A DNA stretch of 64,000 bases from Candidatus Aenigmatarchaeota archaeon (GCA_016180965.1 JACPAF010000001.1:223513-287512); one strand, 5' to 3'. Shown: positions 18,795 to 29,202, counted from the stretch's first letter. Notes: a model not told the origin generated them from the letters alone. A program made the numbers and translations.

Positions 18795-19388
18795 ATGGCG
18801 ACGTTTGATTTTATTGGTTTGCAAAACACCCTACGTTCGATGGGTTTCTACGATTTTGTTTTGCCGTGGCTGTTGGCTTTTTCAATTGTTTTCGGCATTT
18901 TGCAGACGGTCATGATATTCAAGAAAGGCGCGGACAACACAAAATCAAACACGTCTGTTGATGCTGTCATAGCGCTTGCCGTTGCTTTTTACCTGACAAT
19001 ATTCACGCCTTATTCCGGATTCTTGTCGTCTTTTTTCAGCAAACTATTCGGCAGTTCAATCATAGTTTTATCAGGAATTTTAATGCTGTTAATGTTCGTG
19101 GGCATATTCGGATTTAATTCCCAAGAATTGTTCGGTGGAACTAAATCTAAAGCGGCGATAACCATAGTCGCGTTGATACTTGCCGGTTTGTTTTTGATAA
19201 ATGCAAGCTCCGGCGTGTTCTCGTTCGGCAACGGCCAGTTAGTTAACGGCGAAACGCTGACGGTTATCGCGTTTTTCGGAATGATCGCTGCGATAATATG
19301 GTTTGTGGTAAATGACGGGAAAACAAAAGAGAAAGACGAGGATGACAAGACTACGAAAATAGACCCAAAAACGGGCAAGCCTATATAG
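18795..19388 (+). CDS. Multi-pass membrane protein, family member 6
   Basis: GFYDFVLPWLLAFSIVFGIL; close duplicate of the previous gene. Confidence 0.85.
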   Translation: MATFDFIGLQNTLRSMGFYDFVLPWLLAFSIVFGILQTVMIFKKGADNTKSNTSVDAVIALAVAFYLTIFTPYSGFLSSFFSKLFGSSIIVLSGILMLLMFVGIFGFNSQELFGGTKSKAAITIVALILAGLFLINASSGVFSFGNGQLVNGETLTVIAFFGMIAAIIWFVVNDGKTKEKDEDDKTTKIDPKTGKPI

Positions 19389-19447
19389 CGAACCTCGAAA
19401 CTTAGATCCGATTCATCTTAAATAGTTTATGCTCCTTTGAATGAATT

Positions 19448-19912
19448 ATGGAGAGAGAGGGCATTTATTCGTTGCCGTTTACTATTGTTCACAACGAGGT
19501 TTCTAGAACAGCCAATAATTTTGGTTACAAGGGTATCAGTCATTCAGATATTTTCTATGATGCACAACATGGGCAATTTGTTTACATGGGCCGAGATGGT
19601 TACCATTCAGTTAGAGAACCAGTCTGGTCCAACGGCTCTGTCAGTGTGTCTAGAAATTTATCTGTGGTCGGAAAACGAATTCTTTTGACATGGCCGTGGG
19701 ATCATCTGCTTATTAGGATGTACGATGAAATTGCAGTTAATACCGCCACAAACGGAGACGGAGTCTTGGGGGCATCTTCGGTAAAAGCTGACTTTTCGAA
19801 AAATTATTCGGGAGAAGTCGCTGACCTATTCTTTACTTTGGACAGGCTAGAAAAGCAACTTTTTATCACAAGTAACGCAGGAATAACCAGATCATTGCCA
19901 CGCGGTCTGTAA
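19448..19912 (+). CDS. Hypothetical protein
   Basis: ORF fills the gap; TTAAAT box upstream; no recognised motif. Confidence 0.55.
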   Translation: MEREGIYSLPFTIVHNEVSRTANNFGYKGISHSDIFYDAQHGQFVYMGRDGYHSVREPVWSNGSVSVSRNLSVVGKRILLTWPWDHLLIRMYDEIAVNTATNGDGVLGASSVKADFSKNYSGEVADLFFTLDRLEKQLFITSNAGITRSLPRGL

Positions 19913-19915
19913 TTT

Positions 19916-20596
19916 TTACTGCTTGTTTATTTTCTGCAAAGAATCGTTTACAGCGCGCACGGATTCTATCATTGACGGCAATGTTTCTTTGAACGCTTTT
20001 TCAATCGATCCTATCCGTGCGTCTATTTGGTCGAGGTTGTCATGATATTGGTCTAATTTACCTTCGATGCCGCCCGACGCAGACGTACCGGATTCTTTTA
20101 ACGTCCGTATTTGAAGATCGACATCATGCAACCTCTCGTTAACGGAATCGAATCGTTTTTCTATCGCGTCTATCCTGAATTCCAATTGTTTCCATTTCTC
20201 TTCTACGACAGCTTCGACGACTTCTTCGATCTCTGTCGTGGACGGCGATGAATTTAATGCCACTGGTATTTCGGCCATCTCGGGCGTTGAAGGCTCCCAT
20301 TCTGTCCCGGCTTGCATTTGCGGTTGTTGCTGTTCGACTGGAAATTCAAAATCGTTTTGCTGGGCCTGCGGCTGTTCGGGAACAGCGAATCCCATGGGCT
20401 GCATTTCCTGTTGCGGCTGAGTTTGCATTTGTTGTTGGGGCTGCTTTGGCTGCGAAACAGTTTCTTTAACAGCGGTCATGACAGCTGTCCGTTCGTTGTT
20501 CATTGATTGGGAGAAATCGGAATCCTGCGCTGCGGGGCGCGGCATGTTTACAGGCATTGATTGTTTCTCTTCAGACTTCTTCTTGAACAGCCACAT
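19916..20596 (-). CDS. Q/P-rich disordered N-terminus plus coiled-coil protein
   Basis: IEEVVEAVVEEKW followed by heptad repeats. Confidence 0.8.
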   Translation of the reverse strand: MWLFKKKSEEKQSMPVNMPRPAAQDSDFSQSMNNERTAVMTAVKETVSQPKQPQQQMQTQPQQEMQPMGFAVPEQPQAQQNDFEFPVEQQQPQMQAGTEWEPSTPEMAEIPVALNSSPSTTEIEEVVEAVVEEKWKQLEFRIDAIEKRFDSVNERLHDVDLQIRTLKESGTSASGGIEGKLDQYHDNLDQIDARIGSIEKAFKETLPSMIESVRAVNDSLQKINKQ

Positions 20597-20662
20597 AATG
20601 ATTGCCTAATTAATTTTGATTAGCGCTTAATAAATGCTTTCGCAGGCCGACTAAGCTAATTA

Positions 20663-21253
20663 ATGCACGCTGACAGTTTATATTTTGTGGCCGATTTACT
20701 CAGTTATTTTTCAATTATTTTTTTCGATTGGCTTAACCTTTTTACCGCGCCTTTTGCCAAGGGCGATTCCGATGTCCTGTGGATAATTGTACCTATATAC
20801 CTAAGCTGGCTGTTGGCCGAATATTACCAGGAAAAAGCCGGCACAAGCATAGGAAATGCGATAAGCAACGGTTTCATCGGTTTGTGGGTAGGGATAGATT
20901 GGGCGCGCCGTTTGGCGGGCGAGTTCGCGTTAACTGCGGTTTTTGCAGGCAAGGCTTCCATAACCGTGTCCATGTTCATTTACGGCTCTCTGGTAATCTA
21001 TAACGGCATGAAAGGGAGGAAACTGGCGATGCTGATCGGGCGGGTTAAGGAAGTCAGTTATTTGATGATAGTTTTTTCGCCCATAGTTTACGGGTTAGTT
21101 CCGTTGACTTTTGACACAATCATAGGCATCGTGCTGTTTTTCCCCCTGGTTTACGGAATAACAGGAATTGCAGATAAGATATTGCCGTCGCCGCCAGAGG
21201 AAGCGAAGCCTGCTTTGAAAAATGAGACGCAGCCAAACACAGAGAAACAATGA
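20663..21253 (+). CDS. Hypothetical multi-pass membrane protein
   Basis: Several TM segments; WIIVPIY...GNAISNG...GIDW. Confidence 0.75.
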   Translation: MHADSLYFVADLLSYFSIIFFDWLNLFTAPFAKGDSDVLWIIVPIYLSWLLAEYYQEKAGTSIGNAISNGFIGLWVGIDWARRLAGEFALTAVFAGKASITVSMFIYGSLVIYNGMKGRKLAMLIGRVKEVSYLMIVFSPIVYGLVPLTFDTIIGIVLFFPLVYGITGIADKILPSPPEEAKPALKNETQPNTEKQ

Positions 21254-21277
21254 AAACGCGCAAAATTGAGTTTGATC

Positions 21278-21676
21278 CTAGGCCTGTTTTTTGAAATCTT
21301 CAAGCATTTTCCTGACTTCCGAGATTGTTACGAATTGTGATTTAATCGGGTTGATCAGGTCTATGAAACCCTGTATTTCGCGAAGCTCTGTTTTTGTCGA
21401 TGCGCGTTCCATTTGTTTTGATAATTTCCGGGTGTCGTCTTCGATCTTAGACACGCGGTTTGCCAGTTCGTCTATTTTTGCGTTCAATTTGTCAGTCGAC
21501 AGTTTTGCCTGTTTGAACTGCTCAACCACGCTTTGGTCTATGTTCGATAACGTCGATTCCGAACCGCTCATCTTTTGTTCTACCAATCGCAACCGTTTAG
21601 AGTTATCATTGAAACGGCGTATCAACTCCCCGATTACTGCTTGCACGTTGGCTGGTTTCTTGTCGAAGACGGCCAT
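21278..21676 (-). CDS. Coiled-coil protein, weakly FlaC/ArlC-like
   Basis: Heptad repeats ending FIDLINPIKSQFV; divergent from the ATPase gene. Confidence 0.7.
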   Translation of the reverse strand: MAVFDKKPANVQAVIGELIRRFNDNSKRLRLVEQKMSGSESTLSNIDQSVVEQFKQAKLSTDKLNAKIDELANRVSKIEDDTRKLSKQMERASTKTELREIQGFIDLINPIKSQFVTISEVRKMLEDFKKQA

Positions 21677-21710
21677 ATAATAGAATTTAGTTTAAAGGAT
21701 AATATAATAT

Positions 21711-23984
21711 ATGGCCTTGCAGTTTGAGTACAGTCCGGAAGATAATTCTATAAGATTGAACACGCTGGGCACTTTATACGGGTCAAGTTTGGAGGATTTT
21801 GAGGCTATAATGGCAGCGGCGATAGACAAAATTGTCGAGGTCAAGAAAGTTTCGAGAATAATCCTGGCTGAGACGCGCGAATATGAATATGACTGGGAAC
21901 AAACACGCCTGTTGGTTGAGATCGCAAATGCTTTGGACGAAATAGTGCGCGGGCGACGTTTGTTGTCTGTTACCAACATATCCATACCAAATTGCGACCG
22001 GCACACCGCGGAAAGAAGCCATAACGTGCAGCGCATTGTCATTGATTTGATGCGGCGCGACCCTATTGGGGCGTATGCGGAAGTTTTGAGAGAGATACGC
22101 AAAGTGAAAATAGAAGCGCGGAAAAATCCGTACCACGTGCAATGCTACGCGCACTATGTCAATAATTCGCTTGCGCAAATACAGCGAATAATGGAATCCA
22201 CGACTTTGATCCAAATGATCAAAGATAACGTTGCCGGTTATCACATCGGGGACCGTACACTTTACAGAGAAATATTCCACCCTACAATACGGCCGAATTT
22301 CATGTTAACGCGTTTCATGTCCGCGACGCCGAAGGAAGGGCAGGCGGTCGACCGTTATAAAATAGGCGACATAGAAGTTGAAATTTACCGCATACCGTCG
22401 AAATCGGAATTAGTTTATCACGTGATTCCTCCGGAGTTTCAGTTAACGGAAGACAAGTACATGCTGTTGGACGCTGCGAGGCGTTACATGGCTGAACACA
22501 AACCGGTTGAGACTGAATTTTCAGATCCGGAACGCGCGCGCGAAATATTCTCCAACATCGGGCGCGACATGATACGAGACCTTTCGACGAACATGGGAAT
22601 TTTTTTGAGCCCGCTTGAGATAGAAAATATTACTAAAATACTGACGCGGTATACGGCCGGGTTTGGAGTGTTGGAAATATTATTAGCTGACGAAAAAATA
22701 CAGGACATTTACATAAATTCACCGATCGGGCAGAATCCGATTTACATAAACCACGCAGACTACAATGAGTGTTCGACTAACCTAATTCCTACGAAAGATG
22801 ATGCGGAGTCATGGGCAACGAGGTTCCGCATTGCGTCCGGGCGCCCGCTGGACGAAGCTAACCCGGTTTTGGACACGGACATAAATGTTCCGGGCGGGCG
22901 GGCAAGAGTAGCTGCGATCACGAAAACCTTGTCGCCCGAGGGTTTGGCATTTGCATTCCGAAGGCACAGGGATAAACCGTGGACGCTGCCGTTGTTCATT
23001 AAGGCAGGCGCGATAAGCCCGTTGTTCGCGGGTGTCATGAGTTTTTTAGTTGATGGATCAGCATCTATCCTGATCGCAGGCGGAAGAGGTTCTGGTAAAA
23101 CTTCATTATTAAACGCGATGATGCTTGAAATTTCGCCGAACAAGCGGATACTGACAGTCGAAGACACAATCGAATTGGCCGTGGATTACATGAGGAAACT
23201 CGGCTACAATATTGAAAGATTAAAATCGCGTTCCGTGATAACGCATATTGAAACAGAGATGGCTGCGGACGAGGCGTTGCGAACGGCGCTGCGCCTCGGA
23301 GATTCATCTCTGATAGTGGGCGAAGTCAGAAGTCTGGAAGCGAAAGCGCTCTATGAGGCAATGAGAATAGGCGCGTTGTCGAACGTTGTCGCAGGGACAA
23401 TTCACGGTGAGTCGCCTTATGGCGTTTATGACCGTGTTGTCAACGATCTTGGCGTGCCGTCGACGAGCTTCAAAGCCACGGATATAATCGTGATATCAAA
23501 AATGCTTCGTTCTGCGGATGGGTTACACAAATTTCGCCGTGTTACGGAATTAACAGAAGTCCGCAAACACTGGAAGACGGATCCGTATGACGAGAAAGGC
23601 TTTGTCAACCTCATGGAATATTCCGCGTCCGCGGACGAGTTAAAACCTACGGAAATATTATCTACGGGCGAGTCGGAAATAATCAACCGCATCGCCTCGC
23701 TAACAAGGGAGTGGGAAGGCCGTTGGGAGGATGTCTGGGAAAACATACAACTGAGAGCGAATATAAAAAAAGCGATGGTTGATTATTCGATAAAATTGAA
23801 TTTTCCGGAATTGATTGAGGCGCCTTGGGTCACGCAATCGAACGAACAGTTCCATATAATTTCTTCCAGGCTGAAAGAAGAAACGGGCTACATGGATCCC
23901 AAGGAGATATTTTCCAGGTGGGATAAGTGGTTTTCTTCGAAAATCAAGGAACGCGCCCCGCGAATGTCGGCACGGGTTTTGTGA
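21711..23984 (+). CDS. Type II/IV secretion or pilus assembly ATPase (VirB11/TadA/FlaI family) with long N-terminal extension
   Basis: Walker A GGRGSGKT, Asp box TVEDTIEL, Walker B LIVGEVR, His box GTIHG. Confidence 0.95.
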   Translation: MALQFEYSPEDNSIRLNTLGTLYGSSLEDFEAIMAAAIDKIVEVKKVSRIILAETREYEYDWEQTRLLVEIANALDEIVRGRRLLSVTNISIPNCDRHTAERSHNVQRIVIDLMRRDPIGAYAEVLREIRKVKIEARKNPYHVQCYAHYVNNSLAQIQRIMESTTLIQMIKDNVAGYHIGDRTLYREIFHPTIRPNFMLTRFMSATPKEGQAVDRYKIGDIEVEIYRIPSKSELVYHVIPPEFQLTEDKYMLLDAARRYMAEHKPVETEFSDPERAREIFSNIGRDMIRDLSTNMGIFLSPLEIENITKILTRYTAGFGVLEILLADEKIQDIYINSPIGQNPIYINHADYNECSTNLIPTKDDAESWATRFRIASGRPLDEANPVLDTDINVPGGRARVAAITKTLSPEGLAFAFRRHRDKPWTLPLFIKAGAISPLFAGVMSFLVDGSASILIAGGRGSGKTSLLNAMMLEISPNKRILTVEDTIELAVDYMRKLGYNIERLKSRSVITHIETEMAADEALRTALRLGDSSLIVGEVRSLEAKALYEAMRIGALSNVVAGTIHGESPYGVYDRVVNDLGVPSTSFKATDIIVISKMLRSADGLHKFRRVTELTEVRKHWKTDPYDEKGFVNLMEYSASADELKPTEILSTGESEIINRIASLTREWEGRWEDVWENIQLRANIKKAMVDYSIKLNFPELIEAPWVTQSNEQFHIISSRLKEETGYMDPKEIFSRWDKWFSSKIKERAPRMSARVL

Positions 23985-23988
23985 TAAT

Positions 23989-26061
23989 ATGTCGGATGAA
24001 AGGAAAAAGATAGACGAGGAGGAACTTGCGCGCATCGCGCGCGATTACCAGACAAAAGTGTTCGATGAGGATAAACCCGAAAAAAACGAGCAGAACTTTT
24101 TGTCGCTTGACTACAAAACGTTCAAAACCGAGGAGAGGGGTTCTAAAAAATCCCTTGGCAATTATGAAAAGCTGTGCGCTATTTCGGAGAAAATATTAAA
24201 GGTCGAGCCTTCGAAGGGTTCTGAAGAACATCTGCGCAAGGAAATAGATTTTACTAACCTACAGTGCGCACCTTCGAGCGTAACGTCGGCAGCATTTTTG
24301 TCCACGATAATGCTGCTTGTCATTTCCCTTGTTTTTATTTTGCTGGGCGCAGTCCCGATATTTGTAGGATTGACGATGCTAATTTTTTCCATGATATCCG
24401 GAGTTTACGTCTACGGTTATCCGTCGAAACGCGCCAAAGATTTCCGCGTTAAGGCGTCGGAGGAAATAGTATTGTCGATAGTTTACATGGTCATATCGAT
24501 GCGTATCTCGCCCAATTTGGAAAATGCTGTGAAATTTGTAGCAACGAATTTAACCGGCCCGCTTGCCTTGGATTTCCGCAAATTGCTGTGGGACATTTAC
24601 ATGCGGAAAGAGGAAAGCATCGATAAGGCGCTGGGCACGTACATAGACGCGCGATGGAAAAACGAGAACGAGGAATTTTCTTCGGCTTTGACATTAATAC
24701 GCAATTCGATAGACCAGCCTGAGAAGAAACGTCTTGCAATGTTGGACGAGGCTGTTGATGTGATATTAAAAGGCACGAAAGAAAGGATGAGCCATTATGC
24801 ACAGAATCTGCGGATGCCTTTGCTGATAATACATGCGATGGGCATTTTGCTGCCGATAATGGGATTGGTGATGTTCCCGGTATTAGTTTTGTTTTTATCC
24901 AATATTGTGCAGCCGTACATGCTGTTTTTGGGTTATGACGTGTTTTTGTTTTTGGGATTGTACTGGTACACGTCAAGCGTATTGGCAACGAAACCGCCGA
25001 CGCTTTCTAAACCTGATGTTTCAAAACATCCGGACACGCCAAGAGAAGGATATTTCCGCGCTCACGTTTTCGGGAAAAAACTGGAGATAAAAACAATCAT
25101 ATTGCCGTCCATACTTTTCGCAGTTCTGTTTTTCATAGGCTATAATGGAATGGTTTCCGGAGCAAGTTCGTTTGAACGCGTGATTTATTCGACTGTAATA
25201 ATTGCGTCTATTTCGCTTTCGATATCTCTGTACGGTTTCCTTGAAAGTTTCCAGCGTACGAGCGTACGGCGCAAAGTCATTGGAGTTGAAGGCGAGTTTG
25301 CGGAGGCGATTTTCCATTTAGGCAACCAATTGTCTTCAGGCACGCCAATTGAAAATGCGATAGATAAAAACCAGGAGAAGATTCGAGATTTGAGCATCTC
25401 CGATTTTTTCGGGCGTATTGTGCAGAATATTAAAAGAATGGGCATGACATTCGAGCAGTCTATATTCGATAAAAATTACGGGGCCGTTTGGTACTACCCG
25501 TCGAGCTTAATAATTTCCGTGATGCGCGTTGTCGTTGAGGCGGTAAGGAAGGGCGTTTACAATGCGTCGCAATCGATGCTGTCCATTTCCCGCTATCTCA
25601 AGGACGTACATTCCATCGAAGAGGAGTTACGCGACATATTGGGCGAAAGCACGACGAGCATGAAATTTTTAAGCTCGATTCTTGCGCCGATGGTTGCCGG
25701 CGTTACGGTCACGATGGCGTTGATAATGCTCGATATAATCAAAGTTTTAGGAGACAAGCTCGCAGGATTAACGCAACAGGGCGTCGGGACTAGTTTGCCA
25801 TTGTTCTTGACAGTGGGTTTGGATAAAGGCGGCGTGACTGCGGAAATATTCCAGCTCGTGGTCGGCATATACATGATTGAAGTCGCGGGTTTGTTGTCGT
25901 ATTTCGTCAGCAAAATAGAGACGGGCGAAGATAAAATAAATCTTTACCACACATTATCTATCAATATGTTAATTTCATTGATAGTCTACGCGTTTTCGAT
26001 ACTTACCGTTTATTCCACTCTGGGTTCGCAGATACAAAACACAATACTAGGGGGCATTTGA
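23989..26061 (+). CDS. Pilus membrane platform protein with two T2SSF/TadC-like halves
   Basis: Follows the ATPase; two soluble helical domains each followed by TM bundles (SPNLENAV, SGTPIENAI). Confidence 0.85.
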   Translation: MSDERKKIDEEELARIARDYQTKVFDEDKPEKNEQNFLSLDYKTFKTEERGSKKSLGNYEKLCAISEKILKVEPSKGSEEHLRKEIDFTNLQCAPSSVTSAAFLSTIMLLVISLVFILLGAVPIFVGLTMLIFSMISGVYVYGYPSKRAKDFRVKASEEIVLSIVYMVISMRISPNLENAVKFVATNLTGPLALDFRKLLWDIYMRKEESIDKALGTYIDARWKNENEEFSSALTLIRNSIDQPEKKRLAMLDEAVDVILKGTKERMSHYAQNLRMPLLIIHAMGILLPIMGLVMFPVLVLFLSNIVQPYMLFLGYDVFLFLGLYWYTSSVLATKPPTLSKPDVSKHPDTPREGYFRAHVFGKKLEIKTIILPSILFAVLFFIGYNGMVSGASSFERVIYSTVIIASISLSISLYGFLESFQRTSVRRKVIGVEGEFAEAIFHLGNQLSSGTPIENAIDKNQEKIRDLSISDFFGRIVQNIKRMGMTFEQSIFDKNYGAVWYYPSSLIISVMRVVVEAVRKGVYNASQSMLSISRYLKDVHSIEEELRDILGESTTSMKFLSSILAPMVAGVTVTMALIMLDIIKVLGDKLAGLTQQGVGTSLPLFLTVGLDKGGVTAEIFQLVVGIYMIEVAGLLSYFVSKIETGEDKINLYHTLSINMLISLIVYAFSILTVYSTLGSQIQNTILGGI

Positions 26062-26555
26062 TGAGCGCTTCCGATCAACCAAGGTTTTTGTTCTGGCTAG
26101 TCACTGCGTTCATAATGGCGCTCACGCTTTACGGCGTTGCGTCCTTGCTCTTGCCAAGATTGATAAGGTTTAACCAACTGCCCGAATCAGGCGAGTTGTA
26201 CGTGGACAGCGCCGACGCGCTTTCGACTAGGATTGCGTACAGCATGTGTAATTTGTGGCTCGCGCGCGACAGTTACAAAACCGGTTTTAGCAGCACGTCC
26301 CAGTACAAGTCCGTTTCCGCTTCGGTTGATAAAAACACAGTTGCATCGAAGTTATTCGATTCTGATTGCAAGGATTTCATTTTCAACAAACAATGGACAT
26401 ATACGGGCGACGAGATAGATGCGGATAAAAAAATCTATAACGTGGAAATATCTTTGGAACCGAATACCATAATGATTCCGGGGAGCGGTGAATCTCCATC
26501 AGTCATACTGAATAACGATAACAGAAAGATAATAGTAAATGTGAAAGAGAAATGA
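26058..26555 (+). CDS. N-terminally anchored exported protein (pilin-like)
   Basis: N-terminal hydrophobic helix; no clear KG cleavage site. Confidence 0.65.
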   Translation: MMSASDQPRFLFWLVTAFIMALTLYGVASLLLPRLIRFNQLPESGELYVDSADALSTRIAYSMCNLWLARDSYKTGFSSTSQYKSVSASVDKNTVASKLFDSDCKDFIFNKQWTYTGDEIDADKKIYNVEISLEPNTIMIPGSGESPSVILNNDNRKIIVNVKEK

Positions 26556-26561
26556 GATGAT

Positions 26562-26798
26562 TTGATGAATGTGTTAAAGGGCCAGATAGAATCCGAGGCT
26601 GCGAAAACGCTTTTCCTAGGCATACTGGCTTTGGTGGCGTTGGCGGTTATCGTGGCTGTAATATTTGCGTTTCAAGGCCTTTCGTCGGGAGCCAATTTAC
26701 CGAGCGTGTGCGATGTGGGCGGGGGGCTTGTGGATAAAACTGTGTGTTTGCCGGCGCGTGCAACGGCCTGGGTTTACAGCCATACCATCGGGCGATAA
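26562..26798 (+). CDS. Small pilin-like protein, class III signal peptide
   Basis: LKG|QIESE then hydrophobic helix; two Cys. Confidence 0.75.
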   Translation: MMNVLKGQIESEAAKTLFLGILALVALAVIVAVIFAFQGLSSGANLPSVCDVGGGLVDKTVCLPARATAWVYSHTIGR

Positions 26799-26829
26799 AA
26801 TGAATAAATGTAAAAAAATTGGCGATGAT

Positions 26830-27036
26830 ATGTTAAACAAAAAAGGGATAACAAGCGCAATGCTGATCATTCTCGGATCCATAGCGGCAGGTTTGATAGT
26901 CCTTTTGGTAGTGATAGCTTCTTTGGATGAAAAAACAGGGCTGGTAGCATTGGCAATAGCGATAGGCAAGAGCATATGCGGTTTCATCGCAACAGTTATC
27001 ATAGGCGGTTTCGGATTGGCCATATGCAATATCTGA
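26830..27036 (+). CDS. Small hydrophobic pilin-like protein
   Basis: NKKG|ITSAM; two hydrophobic segments, two Cys. Confidence 0.7.
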   Translation: MLNKKGITSAMLIILGSIAAGLIVLLVVIASLDEKTGLVALAIAIGKSICGFIATVIIGGFGLAICNI

Positions 27037-27078
27037 ATGATATTTTATCTTAACGGACGAATAATCAAGAGGCATAAC

Positions 27079-28593
27079 ATGGTGAAAAAAAGAAAAGGAA
27101 TGGACGCAGCCGTGCTCAGTCTTGCGCTGGGCGTTGTAATACTTCTTGTTGTTTTAGGTGTTATTGTCGGGTTAAACACATCAGGTTCGTTCAAGGATTT
27201 TCTTGCCAAAGTTCCTTGGTTGAATAAAATTGTTCCGGTTGATGACACCAGTGATGGAGGCGGCGGCGGGCCAGGAGGAGGTTCTGTCGTAGCGCCGCCG
27301 GGCAAGCCATCGGGCGATGTGGTATATTTAGTCGCAGCCAGAAAAAGCACATCCACTGACCGCAGCCTTCGAGTTAAAATTTCCGACGGTGTTCCATCGG
27401 GCGAAAGCATTAAGTACAATTTCAAGAAAGGCGACACTTTGGAGTATGATGTTTATCTTCCTTTGAAGACTCCATGTACGGGCGGCATGGGTTTGGTTGT
27501 AACCGCAAATGGAAAAGACATAGACCTCGGCGACGACAATAAATGGGTAGATTCGACCGGGAAGGTTTCTGGTGGGTTGAAGAACTGCAATCCGGATCCG
27601 AAGAAGGTTGTTACGGAAAGCGATCTGACACCATACACCTATGACAAGAAACAATGGTATCATCGTGTTATTCCAATACCCGATGTATATGCCGGCGCAG
27701 CCACTCTGAAAGAAGTCAGATTATTGATGAACGGCGGCACGCCTTATGCTATGTACATTGCGGTTTATGACAATATCATTATAAAATCACCGGTCAACGG
27801 AAAAGATTATATCATATACAAGGACGGCGCTCCAAAATTCAGCGAAATAGATTGCGGTTCTGCGTTTGGTACAAAATGCAATTTCGATGAGGATAAAACG
27901 AAAGTTATAATCAGGAAACCAGCTAGCATCACATTGGAATACGACATCAAATCGGTTGCCGGCGAGATATTGAAGTTATCGGCGATAAGCGACGGCGGAG
28001 GATGCAGCTGGTTTGATAGCAGCGGATGCCAGTGGCTTTATTTGAAGGCGTTTGAATTGGGTTCTGCGTATACAGTCCAGCCGGGCGACATTGTTGAATA
28101 TGACGTTTATCTCGGAAAATGCGCCAAAGAGGTCGGCGGCATAGATTTGCGTGATAAGAGCGGTTCGATTAAGTGGAGTAATATGAAAGATTATTACTGG
28201 GACAACATGTATGACTGGGACAGCACGAAGATAATATCCGGCAGACCGGATGATTCGGGCATGGACCTAGGCACGAAAGCCGGCGAAATCGCATGCCTGA
28301 AATGGTACCACAGAAAACTTCCAGCTGCGCCGAATATGTGGGGTAAAGCCGTCGAAATTGTAGATTTGGCGATAGGATACGATGCGGGCGAGAATGAGCA
28401 AGTGAATGTTTATTATGACAACTTACAGATAACGGACGGCATCGGGCAGGTCAAGGCGTTTTATCCTGGCGGTGTGGATATAGTTCTCTACCAGTTTGAT
28501 GAGAAGAACGACAACGGCGGAATACGGGCGTACAAAAAAGACTCGGTTTCATTGACAAAGATAAACCCGGCAGACATTGATCACCCGACGTAA
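27079..28593 (+). CDS. Large pilin-like adhesin with two repeated beta-rich modules
   Basis: KRKG|MD signal, G/P linker, twice GDxxEYDVYL...WYHRxxP...YDN. Confidence 0.75.
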   Translation: MVKKRKGMDAAVLSLALGVVILLVVLGVIVGLNTSGSFKDFLAKVPWLNKIVPVDDTSDGGGGGPGGGSVVAPPGKPSGDVVYLVAARKSTSTDRSLRVKISDGVPSGESIKYNFKKGDTLEYDVYLPLKTPCTGGMGLVVTANGKDIDLGDDNKWVDSTGKVSGGLKNCNPDPKKVVTESDLTPYTYDKKQWYHRVIPIPDVYAGAATLKEVRLLMNGGTPYAMYIAVYDNIIIKSPVNGKDYIIYKDGAPKFSEIDCGSAFGTKCNFDEDKTKVIIRKPASITLEYDIKSVAGEILKLSAISDGGGCSWFDSSGCQWLYLKAFELGSAYTVQPGDIVEYDVYLGKCAKEVGGIDLRDKSGSIKWSNMKDYYWDNMYDWDSTKIISGRPDDSGMDLGTKAGEIACLKWYHRKLPAAPNMWGKAVEIVDLAIGYDAGENEQVNVYYDNLQITDGIGQVKAFYPGGVDIVLYQFDEKNDNGGIRAYKKDSVSLTKINPADIDHPT

Positions 28594-28624
28594 CGCGTAA
28601 TAATACCGTTTTACAAATACATTT

Positions 28625-28975
28625 ATGACCTTTTCCAAACGACGAAAAGAAAATAGAATGGGCATAGCCGAGTATAATTTCGCCTTGCTGATGGGGCTGG
28701 TAATTGCGCTGGTGATGCTGGCAGTTTATCTCGGCTGGATAAAGGGGAGCGGTGAAAACGTTGAGCGCGAAAGAAACCAAATGGTTGCGGCAGCAGGATG
28801 TTTGGCGGACAATTCATGCGCCAAACTGAGCAGCGACAAATTTTGCATAAACACTTATGAAGGAAAGAATGAGTGCGGCTGCTGGGCATGGATGGGAATT
28901 GACGGCAATGCGGGCTGCGGACCTGGCAAAAGATGCGTTTCGGAACGGGGGACGAATTATGGAAAATGTGTTTAA
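28625..28975 (+). CDS. Cys-rich pilin-like protein
   Basis: RMG|IAE signal; eight Cys in the C-terminal half. Confidence 0.7.
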   Translation: MTFSKRRKENRMGIAEYNFALLMGLVIALVMLAVYLGWIKGSGENVERERNQMVAAAGCLADNSCAKLSSDKFCINTYEGKNECGCWAWMGIDGNAGCGPGKRCVSERGTNYGKCV

Positions 28976-29153
28976 GGGACAAAGCAGCGACAACGTACTG
29001 ATGCTGGCTTTGGTTGTCGTGGGCTTGTTGATTATCCTCGGCGCCGGGATATTTATCGTGGCAGTCGTCGGCAAATCCGCGGGATTAAATTCCGTCCCGC
29101 TGATCGGAGACGCGTTGTGCGACCTGATGAAAGGGTTGCGGGTGGAGTGTTAA
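28959..29153 (+). CDS. Small pilin-like protein
   Basis: FKG|QSSD then hydrophobic helix; two Cys. Confidence 0.7.
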   Translation: MENVFKGQSSDNVLMLALVVVGLLIILGAGIFIVAVVGKSAGLNSVPLIGDALCDLMKGLRVEC

Positions 29154-29202
29154 CTATTAACATCTTTTATATTTTTCAAAATTCATATTTAACTTGTTTT
29201 GA

